NCBI GenBank assembly: GCA_963754875.1
Contig: CAVWHO010000011.1
Span: forward strand, 46,552 to 110,551
Length of the DNA: 64,000 bases
Origin: Nitrospirota bacterium
GTDB taxonomy: Bacteria; Nitrospirota; UBA9217
Direction: 5' to 3'
The position numbers and the translations under genes were made by a program. Positions within the stretch are counted from its first letter, which is position 1. Every line of letters begins with the position of its first letter. Below the pieces are notes generated by a model that worked only from the letters and a program-made list of their open reading frames with translations, was not told the origin of the DNA and did not search any database. Below are positions 1 through 10,450 of the stretch, one piece after another.

Positions 1-808
1 TGCCCTCGTCTTCGAGGTTGATCGTGGCGATCGATCCTTTGGGCGCCAGATCAGTGAACAGGTAATTGGCAGAGGTGGTGAAGATGTGCCGCAGTTTTGT
101 GGAGGGGATGATCGCGATAAAACTCATTGCCAGCAGAAGGTGGACCCACCAGAGCAGCTTATGAACAAGAGACAGGGCTTCGGAAGTCATGCCAAGGAAA
201 AGCTTCCCGATGACCATGCCGAAAGGAGAAAAGAGCGCCAGGTCTGGATTAGTTCTGAGCTCGGTAGCGGCCATCCGCACTCCTTCAATAACGAAACCGG
301 TCACGAGGATGGTAAACAGCAGGCCGTGTATTACATAATCATCTCTTATGGTTTCCAAACCTTCAGGCTTGATGAAGAAGCGGCGAACAAGCAACCCGCC
401 GAGCATAAGGATTCCGACAAAGCCGGCTGCATCGAGAGCGAGCGAGAATATTTTGTAAAAAGATCCTTTGAGGAAGGCCAGCCCGAGAACGGGCTGGGTG
501 AAATCCACCTGGGCCATGACGAGGAGCGTGCCGATAAAGAGTATGCCGAAGCTCCAAAAGAAAAAGGCGTGAAAGAACCCGGGGCCAGGCACGCGGAGCA
601 CCCGCACCTGGGCGATCATGTTCTTCAGGAACAGCAAAATTCTCTCAGGCAGGCGATCGAACCTGTTCAGCGCCTTTCCCTGGCGGTATACGGCGAAACG
701 GCGGTAAAAGCCGTAGAGAAACGCAGCAACAGCAAGAGCAAAGATGAAGTACATGGGCACTACGACGCCGTGCCCTACATTCCAGTATATTTCCCGGGTA
801 GCTTCCAT
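1..808 (-). CDS. N-terminal membrane domain of a FadF/HdrF-like membrane Fe-S oxidoreductase (putative ETF:menaquinone oxidoreductase); runs off the window's left edge
   Basis: Not in the ORF track. Manual translation from ATG 808 (AGGAG RBS upstream) is open to base 1: MEATREIYWNVGHG...FFHAFFFWSF...TGFVIEGVRMA...WWVHLLLAMSFIAIIPSTKLRHIF, a NarI-like multi-TM domain with conserved His residues. Sits beside a fad cluster. Confidence 0.75.
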   Translation of the reverse strand, partial: MEATREIYWNVGHGVVVPMYFIFALAVAAFLYGFYRRFAVYRQGKALNRFDRLPERILLFLKNMIAQVRVLRVPGPGFFHAFFFWSFGILFIGTLLVMAQVDFTQPVLGLAFLKGSFYKIFSLALDAAGFVGILMLGGLLVRRFFIKPEGLETIRDDYVIHGLLFTILVTGFVIEGVRMAATELRTNPDLALFSPFGMVIGKLFLGMTSEALSLVHKLLWWVHLLLAMSFIAIIPSTKLRHIFTTSANYLFTDLAPKGSIATINLEDEG

Positions 809-877
809 AGGAGTGCTCCTTAAAGCCGGTTACGAGTAAGCTGATCTCTTGACAAGTTTCGTGAGTAAGTATATCTA

Positions 878-930
878 TTGACGAATTTATTTCCCAGGAG
901 TACTATAATTACGCTTAACGTTAATGTCAA
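878..930. promoter_or_regulatory. Overlapping opposite sigma70 promoters plus a palindromic operator
   Basis: Plus strand: TTGACG(878-883)-17-TACTAT(901-906) toward the MerR gene. Minus strand: TTGACA(930-925)-17-TATAGT(907-902) toward the fadF-like gene. Dyad TTAACGTTAATGTCAA at 915-930. Confidence 0.7.
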
Positions 931-998
931 CTATAAAGCCCTCATCGTTTGACTTTAGCCGTTGCCGATAATCCATCAATCTCCTTTAAAGGTAAAAC

Positions 999-1394
999 AT
1001 GAAACTCAGTTCAGTTGAATACATGCAGATCAGCGAACTTGCCAAGGCACTGCATATCACCACCAGGACCATCCGGCTCTATGAGCAGATGGGGCTGGTT
1101 GAACCCCCGAAGAGGACCGAGGGAGGCATACGCGTCTATGATAAAGCCGATATCACACGGTTCAAGTTCGTTCTCAAGTTGAAGACCTTGGGACTCTCCC
1201 TGCAGGAGATGAAGGAATTGGCCGACCTCTACTCAAGGGAACAGCTCCCCGAAAAGATAATGCCGCGCCTGATCGAGCTGCTCGATTCCCACCTTGACAA
1301 TATCAGGAAGAGGGTCGCCCAGCTGCGGTCCCTCGAAACCGACATCGCCAAATACAAGCAGAAAATCTTCGATTATTACCACCTTCCTCGCTAG
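999..1394 (+). CDS. MerR-family transcriptional regulator (LiuR-like)
   Basis: ISELAKALHITTRTIRLYEQMGLV-P-R-EGGIRVY wHTH, LGLSLQEMKEL, then a coiled coil; no Cys. Confidence 0.9.
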   Translation: MKLSSVEYMQISELAKALHITTRTIRLYEQMGLVEPPKRTEGGIRVYDKADITRFKFVLKLKTLGLSLQEMKELADLYSREQLPEKIMPRLIELLDSHLDNIRKRVAQLRSLETDIAKYKQKIFDYYHLPR

Positions 1395-1480
1395 GGTGCC
1401 AGCGTCGCCCAAAATGTGAACCGGCCAATCCAAGATATTTTTTGCACAGAAAAAGTCTCCCCTACGTTTTGCATATCCGT

Positions 1481-1870
1481 TCACGCCATAGCGCGCAAAC
1501 GTTCCGGCACCGCAACCGGTTTTTTCTTGACGCTGTCGACGCAGACCATCGTGGTTACAGCATTGGCAAATATTCTGTCATCATTATCATGAATGTGGTA
1601 AGTAAGATCGAAACTCGTAGCGCCGATGCGGCTCACCCACGCTGAGACCACTACCGTGTCACTCAGGAGGATAGGGTATTTGTAGTCACACTCTGCCCTG
1701 CCCACGACAATAAATATCCCCTGGTCAGTCAGCTCCTGAAAAGCCTCCATGAATAGCTTTATCCGGGCGGTTTCCAGGTAGGTAAAATAGACTGCGCTAT
1801 TCACGTGGCCGTAGAGATCGAGGTCGGAGAACCGGAGATCAATGGAGGTGGAGTATCGCTTTGTCATCAA
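1481..1870 (-). CDS. Acyl-CoA thioesterase (4HBT/YbgC-FadM hotdog fold)
   Basis: RFSDLDLYGHVNSAVYFTYLE motif. Confidence 0.9.
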   Translation of the reverse strand: MMTKRYSTSIDLRFSDLDLYGHVNSAVYFTYLETARIKLFMEAFQELTDQGIFIVVGRAECDYKYPILLSDTVVVSAWVSRIGATSFDLTYHIHDNDDRIFANAVTTMVCVDSVKKKPVAVPERLRAMA

Positions 1871-1939
1871 CAGCTCCTTTCTATCTGGGTCGAGATCACG
1901 AACAACACTTGCGCAGGGGTGGTCAATACTGGCAGTCTT

Positions 1940-3943
1940 TCAACTGATCCCTGTACCAACAGCAAACCCTCGGTGGACCGCATCGAAGACCGTGCCCGGC
2001 GTGTCGGCATCTCCTGCAATTCGAAAAGGGATACCTTTCTTCACTATCAATTCCTGGATCGGGTTAAAGGCCCTTGTTCCAACAGCAAGGACAACCGTAT
2101 CCGTAGGAATTTCTTCGACTCCTGCCGTGCTTTCTACGCGCACGTGAGCGGCAGTGATCTCGAGGACGCGGACACTCGTTTTCGTCCGTACGCCGAAACG
2201 CTCCACGTCCTGGAGCATGCCCCACCGTGTGGTCTTGCCGAAATTTTTTCCCAATTCATCGATCACCTCGATCACGGTCACTTCTTTGGTCCCCCGTACT
2301 GCCAACCCATAGAGACTGTCCGTGGACTCGGCTTCATGGACCAGGAGAAATTTAAGCGCCTCGCCGGAAAGGGTCCCTTTCGCCGCCAGAAAGAGTGCTG
2401 TTTCAATTCCCACTGCTCCGCCGCCGATGACCACGACCTGTCGGCCAGTATGAACTCTCCCGGACAACACGTCCCAGGCCTGTACGACGTGACGAAGCTC
2501 TACGCCCGGGATAGAAGGAACGATGGGTGCTCCGCCTGTGGCCAGCACAACAATGTCAGGCTTCACTTGGTTCAGGAGCGCGGCATCGACCTCCTGGTTG
2601 AGGACAACCGAGACCCCATGGACTGCAAGCTGCCTTGAGAGGTCATGCACAAGCCCGAGGAATTCCTCACGCCCGGGAGCAGCCCCGGCCAGATGAAGCT
2701 GGCCGCCGAGCCTGCCACTCCTTTCGTAGATCGTCACCTGGTGGCCGCAACGGGCTGCGCCTGCTGCCGCACTCATACCGGCCGCTCCGCCACCGATCAC
2801 CATGACCTTCTGCGGTTTATCGGTCTTTTCGATCACCGTTTCGAGCTCGTGGCCAGCCCGAGGATTGCAGAGGCACTCAACATGCTTCATCTTGAAGAGA
2901 TTGTCAAAGCAGCCCTGACCGCAGGCCACGCAATGAACAATATCCTGTTCTCTTCCTGTCCGGGCCTTTTCCGGTAACTGAGGATCGGCAATGAGGGCCC
3001 TGCCCATGGCAACTACGTCGCAAACGCCGTCCTCCAGCATTTCCCTGGCCACAACAGGATCATTGATACGGTGACTGGCGATGATCGGGACGTTTACACG
3101 TTCTTTGATTCCCCGGGCCAGATAGGCAAAAACTCCGCGCGGGACCTCAGCCGCGATCTGGGGGACCTTGGCCTCATGCCATCCCACATTGACGCAGAGG
3201 GCATCTGCGCCGACCTCTGTGAGACGGACTGCGTACTCCTGCAGCTCAATACGACTCGTCCCCCCCTGCATGAACTCGTTGCCGTTCAGCCTGACGACGA
3301 GCGGGAAGTTCGCGCCCACGGAGTCCCTGACCGCCTTTAGCACCTCAAGACCGAACCGCACCCGGTTCTCGAAGGAGCCGCCGTATCCATCCGTGCGTTT
3401 GTTAGTGAGCGGAGAGAGGAATTCGCTGATCAGATAGCCGGTACCTGAGAGAATTTCTACGGCATCGAACCCTGCTTGCTTGACCCGTTGCGCCGCCTGT
3501 GCGAAACTCGTAACGATCCCGTGGATTTCATCAACTGTCAGTTCGCGGGGAGTTTCCCGGGTGAGCCGCGATGCTACGGCCGAAGGTGCTACGGGCTGCC
3601 TGCTGCCGAGAAACAGGGAATAATTATACCGTCCTGCGTGGTTTAATTGTACAGATGACCGGGCGCCGTTGTCCCTGATAGCTGTTGCCAGGCGGGCAAG
3701 ACCGGGGATGAACACGTCTTGATGGGCGCCGATATTCCCCGGGTTGCCGGAAAGTTCATCCACCGTGGCGTAGCCCACGGTGATCATCCCGGCTCCACCG
3801 CGTCCCCGCTCGGCGTAGAACGCAACCAGCTGGTCGGTCACGGCGAACTTCCTCGCCATGTTCAAGTGCATGGCCGGCATGAAAATGCGGTTTTTCACCT
3901 GAAGGCCGTTGATCGTGATTGGTTGAAAGAGCGGGTCATTCAT
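1940..3943 (-). CDS. fadH: 2,4-dienoyl-CoA reductase-like NADH:flavin oxidoreductase
   Basis: OYE barrel (NRIFMPAMH, GYLISEFLSP, NKRTDGYGG), Fe-S motif CVACGQGC-x11-C, two GxGxxG Rossmann motifs; fad context. Confidence 0.85.
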   Translation of the reverse strand: MNDPLFQPITINGLQVKNRIFMPAMHLNMARKFAVTDQLVAFYAERGRGGAGMITVGYATVDELSGNPGNIGAHQDVFIPGLARLATAIRDNGARSSVQLNHAGRYNYSLFLGSRQPVAPSAVASRLTRETPRELTVDEIHGIVTSFAQAAQRVKQAGFDAVEILSGTGYLISEFLSPLTNKRTDGYGGSFENRVRFGLEVLKAVRDSVGANFPLVVRLNGNEFMQGGTSRIELQEYAVRLTEVGADALCVNVGWHEAKVPQIAAEVPRGVFAYLARGIKERVNVPIIASHRINDPVVAREMLEDGVCDVVAMGRALIADPQLPEKARTGREQDIVHCVACGQGCFDNLFKMKHVECLCNPRAGHELETVIEKTDKPQKVMVIGGGAAGMSAAAGAARCGHQVTIYERSGRLGGQLHLAGAAPGREEFLGLVHDLSRQLAVHGVSVVLNQEVDAALLNQVKPDIVVLATGGAPIVPSIPGVELRHVVQAWDVLSGRVHTGRQVVVIGGGAVGIETALFLAAKGTLSGEALKFLLVHEAESTDSLYGLAVRGTKEVTVIEVIDELGKNFGKTTRWGMLQDVERFGVRTKTSVRVLEITAAHVRVESTAGVEEIPTDTVVLAVGTRAFNPIQELIVKKGIPFRIAGDADTPGTVFDAVHRGFAVGTGIS

Positions 3944-3973
3944 GATTTGTCTCCGCGATGTGCGGTTTCTGCT

Positions 3974-4915
3974 TTACGCAGTCACGGCCGTGTACAGTTC
4001 ATGCACCGAATCCGACAATCCGATCTGCTCGAGGGAACGCTCCAGCTTGTCCGGCTCCGCGAGAAAATCGCGCATGAAAACGATCTCGGAAACTTTCAAA
4101 TAGACGACAAAGGGATCGACAAGGGACTCGCCGAAAAGATGGCCGATGACTTCTTGGAGAGATTCGACGCTGTTAAACCGCTTCACCTGCCCTGCCCTCT
4201 CCATGAGTTTCCGGACGTAAAAGTGGATGGTTTCGTCAAGGCCCTTCACGTATTCGCGGTGGCCGGGGAGTATGTTGCAGCTCCGAAGTTTTCCCAGCTC
4301 CAAGAGGCTCGCGCAGTAGGCATCGTAATTTCTGAACCTTCCGGCAAAGGTGTCCAGGTCCACATCGAGAAGAGGCGCCTGAAAGATGTCGCGGAGAAGG
4401 ACATCGCCGCTCACCGCATCGTTTCCGCAGAGGTAGACGAGATCGCTCTGGGAATGCCCTGGACAGCTGAGCCAGCTGATTCCGAGTTTTTGGGGGATAT
4501 CGGAATCTTCCACAACAGTGCTTCGCCCGGGAATCTCGGGAAAGACCTTTTTTTCATCGAGGACATTTTTTAACTGTTCAGTAAATTCGTCATCGAAGCC
4601 ATAACCCTTCAGGAATTTTTGAATATGGGTAAGACGATGCTTATGATGCCGCATTTTTACGGCATCCCTGCGGGGGATGAGAATTTCAGCCCTTGAATGC
4701 TGCGCAAGGTAAGCGGCCAGACCGCAGTGGTCCACATGACAGTGCGTAATAAAAAGATACTTTAGCCGCCCGATATCAACCTGCTCTTCCAGGAAGGCAA
4801 GGGCATGCGGCGTGGCAGGCCCGGTATCGAACAGCACAAGGTCTCCGTCGATCTCCGTGGAGTAGAAGTGGACCTCACCTACCATGTAAGGAGTATGTAC
4901 CGTGTGTTGTATCAT
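3974..4915 (-). CDS. Metallo-beta-lactamase fold hydrolase
   Basis: THCHVDH (HxHxDH), PGHS, GD and PGH motifs. Confidence 0.85.
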   Translation of the reverse strand: MIQHTVHTPYMVGEVHFYSTEIDGDLVLFDTGPATPHALAFLEEQVDIGRLKYLFITHCHVDHCGLAAYLAQHSRAEILIPRRDAVKMRHHKHRLTHIQKFLKGYGFDDEFTEQLKNVLDEKKVFPEIPGRSTVVEDSDIPQKLGISWLSCPGHSQSDLVYLCGNDAVSGDVLLRDIFQAPLLDVDLDTFAGRFRNYDAYCASLLELGKLRSCNILPGHREYVKGLDETIHFYVRKLMERAGQVKRFNSVESLQEVIGHLFGESLVDPFVVYLKVSEIVFMRDFLAEPDKLERSLEQIGLSDSVHELYTAVTA

Positions 4916-4936
4916 ACGATTTCATCCGCGCGCGAA

Positions 4937-6738
4937 CTAGAAAATATACTTTTCCGCCTCGATTGCGGCATTTGCCAATTGGCGCTTGAACTTAAGCAAT
5001 CCCGTGGCGTCGTATTTCGTGAACCGCCTGATCCCGCCAAGAAGCATGGTCAGGGTGTCGCCTTCTTCGATGAAGTATGCTGCCTTGCGCGCTGCTGTGG
5101 CTGTCTGCTCCACGGCATTGAAGGTGAATACCTTCACCGCTGCGGTGACGGATGCCTTTTTGGCTTCGCTTAAGGACGGCAGGATCTTTTCAGCGCGCAA
5201 AAGGGCGCTCTCGATCGCAAAGATATTGATGGCAATGTCGGCTGCAGCAAGAAGGATCTCCTGCTCGTCCTTGATCGACATCATGAATTTCTGGACGCTG
5301 CTCCCCGCAATCACCAGGAAGACCTTCTTCAGGTTGGCAAGGAGCTCCTTTTCCGCGGCAAAGGGGTCTGTGTCGTCCAGCTCGTCGACGGAGGGGGTCA
5401 TGAGCGACTCGAAGGCCTTGGTCGCCTCGCGCTGCAGCGGGATCTCCCCTTTCATGGCCCTGGTCAGGATGGTCCCGGGAATCAGGAGGCGATTGATCTC
5501 GTTCGTGCCTTCGAAAATGCGGTTGATCCGCTCGTCCCGGTAGAACCCTTCCGCAGGGTATTCCTGGATAAAGCCGTAGCCCCCGTGGATCTGCACTACC
5601 TGGTCCACAACTTCGGCCAGGACCTCACTGCAGAACACCTTGGCGATTGCGCACTCGATGGCATACTCCTCGATCCCCTTCTGGTAGACCTCGTAGTAGT
5701 TGGGAATGTTCTTGTCAATGGTCGCAAGTTTGTTGTCGATCAGGCCTGCAAGACGGTAGACGAGCGACTCCGCGGCAAAGGTAGCTGCCGTCAGGTCGGC
5801 GATCTTCTCCTTGATGGCTCCGAAGCTGGCAATGGGAACGCCGAACTGCTTTCGTATGTTGGCATATTTGATTCCTTCGTCAGGGCGTACTTTGCCGCCC
5901 CGGTCACTCCGGCGCCGAGCTTGAAGCGGCCGACGTTCAGCACATTGAAGGCGATCTTATGCCCCTTGCCGATCTGGCCGAGCACGTTTTCCACGGGCAC
6001 CTTGGCGTTCTCGAGAATGATCTGCGTTGTCGAAGAGCCTCTGATCCCGAGCTTTTTTTCCTCTGCGCCCACGGACAGTCCCTCGGTCGTTCCTTTCCAC
6101 GAGGAACGCGGTAAAGTGCTCTTTATCGATCTTGGCAAAGATCGTGTAGAGATTGGCAATGCTTCCGTTGGTGATGAACTGCTTGGTTCCGTTCAGGAGG
6201 TAGAATTTCCCGTCAGCGGAGAGCGTGGCCGTGGCCTTCGCTCCAAGGGCATCGCTCCCCGAGTCCGGCTCGGTCAGGCAGTAGGCCGCGATCCACTCAC
6301 CGCTGATGATCTTTCCGCAGGTATTTCTCCTTCTGCTCCTGCGTGCCGTAGTAGACGAGCGGCAGCGTGCCGATGCCGGAATGGGCCGAGTAGGTGACGG
6401 AAAAAGAACCGGCTGCCGAGATTTTCTCCGCCAGCCAGCATGCTGGTCGCCTTATCGAGTTCGAGACCTCCGTACTCCTCGGGGGCATCGATCATGAGAA
6501 GCCCCAGCTCGCCGCACTTCTTCATCAACTGAACAACGAGGTCGAAATCGTGGTTTTCGATTTCCGCCCTGTGAGGGACGACCTCGTTCAGCACGAACTG
6601 TGCAGTAGTCTCGCCGATCTGCTTTTGCTCATCCGTAAAATCCTCGGGCGTAAAAACATCGTCCTTCGTTGCCTCGGTAATCAGGTACTCGGCCCCTTTG
6701 AACAGTTTCGCTTTCTTCACTTCCATATTCGTAGCCAT
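4937..6738 (-). CDS. fadE: Acyl-CoA dehydrogenase (Bacillus FadE-type, ~590 aa), split by several apparent indels
   Basis: Fragments join: FTPEDFTDEQKQI, PEEYGGLELD, AHSGIGTLPLVYYGT, EEKKLGIRGSST, LNVGRFKL, VQIHGGYGF, RINRIFEGTNEINR. Confidence 0.85.
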
Positions 6739-6808
6739 GCTTTCACCTCACTCTGATGAGATTGATTTCCCTAACGCCGTGGGCATTATGCCGTTGGCTA
6801 CATTATTC

Positions 6809-7981
6809 CTACATCTTCTCAAAAATCCCGGCAGCCCCCATGCCGCCGCCGATGCACATGGAAACCATGCCGTAACGCACATTGTTCCGCTGCATCGCGT
6901 GAAGAAGCGTTGCCGTTAATTTTGAACCCGTGCAGCCCAGCGGGTGCCCAAGGGCGATTGCTCCGCCGCTGATATTGACCTTTGCCGGATCGAGACCGAG
7001 GGCCCGTACGCAGGCGAGCGCCTGGGCGGCAAAGGCCTCGTTCAGTTCTATGAGGCCGATGTCTTCCTGCTTCAGCCCTGCCAGCCGAAGTGCCGCCGGG
7101 ACCGCCTCCACGGGGCCGATCCCCATGATCTCGGGCGGCACCCCTTTCACGGCAAAGGAAACGAATCTCGCCAAAGGGGTTTTGCCACATTTCTTCAGGA
7201 ACTCCTCGGAGACGACGAGCGTGGCTGCTGCCCCGTCGGTCGTCTGCGACGAGTTGCCGGCCGTCACGGTCCCCGTTGTCTTAAAAGCAGGTTTCAATTT
7301 TTCCAGAGCGGCCGTGGTCGTATCGCCCCGCACGCCGTCGTCGATGGAGACGATCTCTGTGGTTCTTTTCATCTTGCCGTTTACGAGAGAGCACTTCTCG
7401 ATCTCCACAGGGATTATTTCTTTCTGGAAATTGCCCTGCTTGATGGCAGTCGCTGCCTTTGCATGGCTGGCAACTGCAAAGGCGTCCTGGTCTTCCCGGG
7501 TAACGTTATATTTCTCCGCCACCTTCTCAGCGGTGATCCCCATGGAGGCGAACGATTCCGGCCAGCAGGCCACGAGAGAGGGATTTGCGCTGTACTTGCT
7601 ACCTCCCATCGGGATCATGGTCATGCTCTCCGCGCCGCCGGCAATGATACAGTCGGCAAACCCCGCCATGATCCGCTCCGCGGCCGAGGCAATCGTCTGC
7701 AGACCGGACGAGCAAAAACGGTTAACGGTCTGGGCCGGTACGTGATAGGGTATCCCGGCTTTCATTGCCGCGATCCGCGCCATGTTCATCCCCTGCTCTC
7801 CTTCCGGGAAGGCACTCCCCATGATGACATCCTCAACCAGCATCGGGTCGATGCCCGTTCTCTCCAGCAGGCCCTGCAAGGCAGCCGCGGCCAGATCGTC
7901 GGGCCTCATGTCCTTGAATTTTCCTTTTTTCGCCTTGCAACCGGGAGTGCGGTAGGCAGCTAAAACATATGCATTTCTCAT
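6809..7981 (-). CDS. fadA: Acetyl-CoA C-acyltransferase (thiolase)
   Basis: NRFCSSG, NEAFA, GHPLG and CIGGGMG motifs; GGAGG RBS. Confidence 0.93.
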   Translation of the reverse strand: MRNAYVLAAYRTPGCKAKKGKFKDMRPDDLAAAALQGLLERTGIDPMLVEDVIMGSAFPEGEQGMNMARIAAMKAGIPYHVPAQTVNRFCSSGLQTIASAAERIMAGFADCIIAGGAESMTMIPMGGSKYSANPSLVACWPESFASMGITAEKVAEKYNVTREDQDAFAVASHAKAATAIKQGNFQKEIIPVEIEKCSLVNGKMKRTTEIVSIDDGVRGDTTTAALEKLKPAFKTTGTVTAGNSSQTTDGAAATLVVSEEFLKKCGKTPLARFVSFAVKGVPPEIMGIGPVEAVPAALRLAGLKQEDIGLIELNEAFAAQALACVRALGLDPAKVNISGGAIALGHPLGCTGSKLTATLLHAMQRNNVRYGMVSMCIGGGMGAAGIFEKM

Positions 7982-8029
7982 CATATCCTCCATTTTTAAA
8001 ATGCGCTTTGACACAAAGGAGCGTAGCTC

Positions 8030-10418
8030 TTAATTCCGCAACGGTTTGCCCTTCTTCAGCATGTGCTGGATGCGCTCCAGCGTCTTTTTCTGGCCACAGA
8101 GCTTGAGAAATGCCTCCTGCTCCAACTCCAACAGGTACTCCTCTGTGATGAGGGTGCCGGCAGGAACATCGCCGCCCGTGATAACGTCGGCGATCGTGCT
8201 CCCCAGATACTCCTCATACTCGGTGACAAATTCACCGATGCGCATGTTCCAGAGCTGGGATTTTATGGTGGCCGCTACGCTCCGTCCCGGAGCCTTCAGG
8301 TCAATAAGCGGTTTCGACGGACGGTAGTTGGCTGCGAGAGCGATTGTTTTCTGCTTGGCGTCAAAAATCCGCCTGTCCATGTTCATCGTTATCGCATCGC
8401 CATGGCGCAGGAAGCCCATTTCCCTGAGTTCCGCAGCGGAGGTACTTACTTTGGCCATGGCAATGTTCGAGAAGTTCTTGAAAATGAACGGGCTGGCGTC
8501 GATGTCGTTTGCCTGGGCCAGCTTTATGGCTCTGATCGCCATTTCTTTGGTCCCCCCACCTGCGGGGAGGAGCCCCACGCCTATCTCCACGAGCCCCATG
8601 TAGGTCTCGGCGTGTGGATTTACAGCGTCTGCATGGAGGCAGATCTCGCACCCGCCCCCCATGACTAAATTATGGGGTGCGGCGACCACCGGTATCTTCG
8701 AATATTTGATCGCCATCATCGACTTCTGAAAGTTCTTGACCACCAGGGCGAGTTCGTCATATGACCCCTCGCTGATGGCCATAGCAATAAGCATCAGGTT
8801 GGCGCCGGCGGAAAAAACGCTTCCTTCGTTGGCGATGATGAGGCCAACTCCGTCCAATTCCGCCCGCTTGATCCCCTTGTGCACCATGGAAAGAATTTCG
8901 TTGCCGATGGCATTCATCTTCGTGTGGAATTCAAGGCAAAAGACGCCATCGCCAATGTCGAGTACGGAAGCGCCACTGTTTTTCTCTACCACCCCGCCGT
9001 TTCTCTTCAAAAGAGAGAGGTTTATATTGCCGGCAGACCTGGACACTTCATGGTATTCGTTGTCATGAATGCCGTAGTAATAGTTTCCCCCGTTATCGAA
9101 TCTGTAGAACCGCTCAATTGTTTTGAGGGATGCCGGTACTACCACTCCGTCCTTCTCCGCTCGCTTGACGAATTCTTTAACACTGATGGCGTCAAGCATC
9201 TCGAAAGGGCCGAGTTCCCAGTTGAAACCCCATTTCATGGCATTGTCGATATTGACGATGTCTTCGGAAATCTCAGGAATGCGATTCACGGTATAGATGA
9301 GAGTATCGCGCAGGTTCTTCCAGGCGAACTCGGCTCCCTTGTCAGTGCCGGATATGACCGTCTGCAACCTTTTCGCTGGATCGTCGATCGCCTTGGCCGT
9401 TTCCACAGAGGCGAACTTTGGACGCTGGGACGGTGCGTACTCTCCTTTCGTATAATCGTAGTAGAAGTACGCTGAGCCGTTTTCACCTTTCTCCTTCTTG
9501 AAAAACCCTTGCTTGCTTTTGTTCCCCAGCAGCCCCTTTTTCACCATCTCGCTGATAAAGCCGGGGAAGCGGAAAGTTTCCCGCTGTTCATCATTCACCA
9601 GAAGCTCATAAGAATTGTTCGCCACGTGCTGGAGCGTATCAAGGCCCACGAGATCAGCGGTGCGGAAGGCCGCGCTTTTGGGACGGGCCGTGGCGGGCCC
9701 GACGACTGCATCCACCTCCTCCACGGTCAGCTTCATTTCGACCATATTCTGTATGCAGTTACAGATGGAATAAACGCCGATCCGGTTAGCGATGAAGTTT
9801 GGGGTGTTCTTGGCAGAGACGATCCCCTTGCCCAGGCGCCGCTCAATGAACTCGGCCATGAACCGGACGGTCTCAGGATCGGTGGAGCGGCAAGGTACGA
9901 TCTCAAGGAGACGCATGTAACGCGGCGGATTGAAAAAGTGAGTGACCAGGAAATTCCTTTGCACGTGCTCGGGAAGGCTTTCGGCCATCTCGTTGACGGA
10001 GAGTCCGCTTGTGTTGGTCGAGAGAATGGCCCCTTCCCTGAGGTTCGGGGCGATCTTCTCTTTGAAAAGCCTCTTCTTGATCTGCCATGTTTTCGACGAC
10101 GACCTCGATGACCCAGTCGCATTCCCGGAGCTTCTTCGCGTCGTCTTCAAAATTTCCAATCTCGATATAGGAGGCATAGGCAGGGAGAAAGAAGGCCGCA
10201 GGCTTCATCTTCCTGAGCCCTTCCAGCCCTGCTGCAGCGATCCGGTTCCGAACCGCCGGATTATCCAGCGTGAGGCCCGCCTTTGTCTCGGCTTCGTTCA
10301 GCTCCTTCGGTACGATATCGAGCAGAAGGACCCGGATTCCTGCATTCGCGAGGTGGGCGGCAATGGTCGCTCCCATCACCCCTGCCCCCAGAACAGCCGT
10401 TTTGTTGATTTGCTTCAT
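8030..10418 (-). CDS. fadN: 3-hydroxyacyl-CoA dehydrogenase/enoyl-CoA hydratase (FadN-type); one frameshift near 10085
   Basis: AVLGAGVMGATIAAH in ORF 9903-10418 continues as STNTSG, HFFNPPRY, PNFIANRIG and a C-terminal crotonase domain (FSAGANL, GGGCE, GLVEIGVGLLPAGGG). Confidence 0.88.
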
Positions 10419-10450
10419 CGTATCCCTCCGTTAATAGGTTGCGTGCAGCG

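Noticed and set aside
86..823. 245-aa plus-strand ORF
   Set aside because: Antisense shadow of the membrane oxidoreductase gene on the minus strand.
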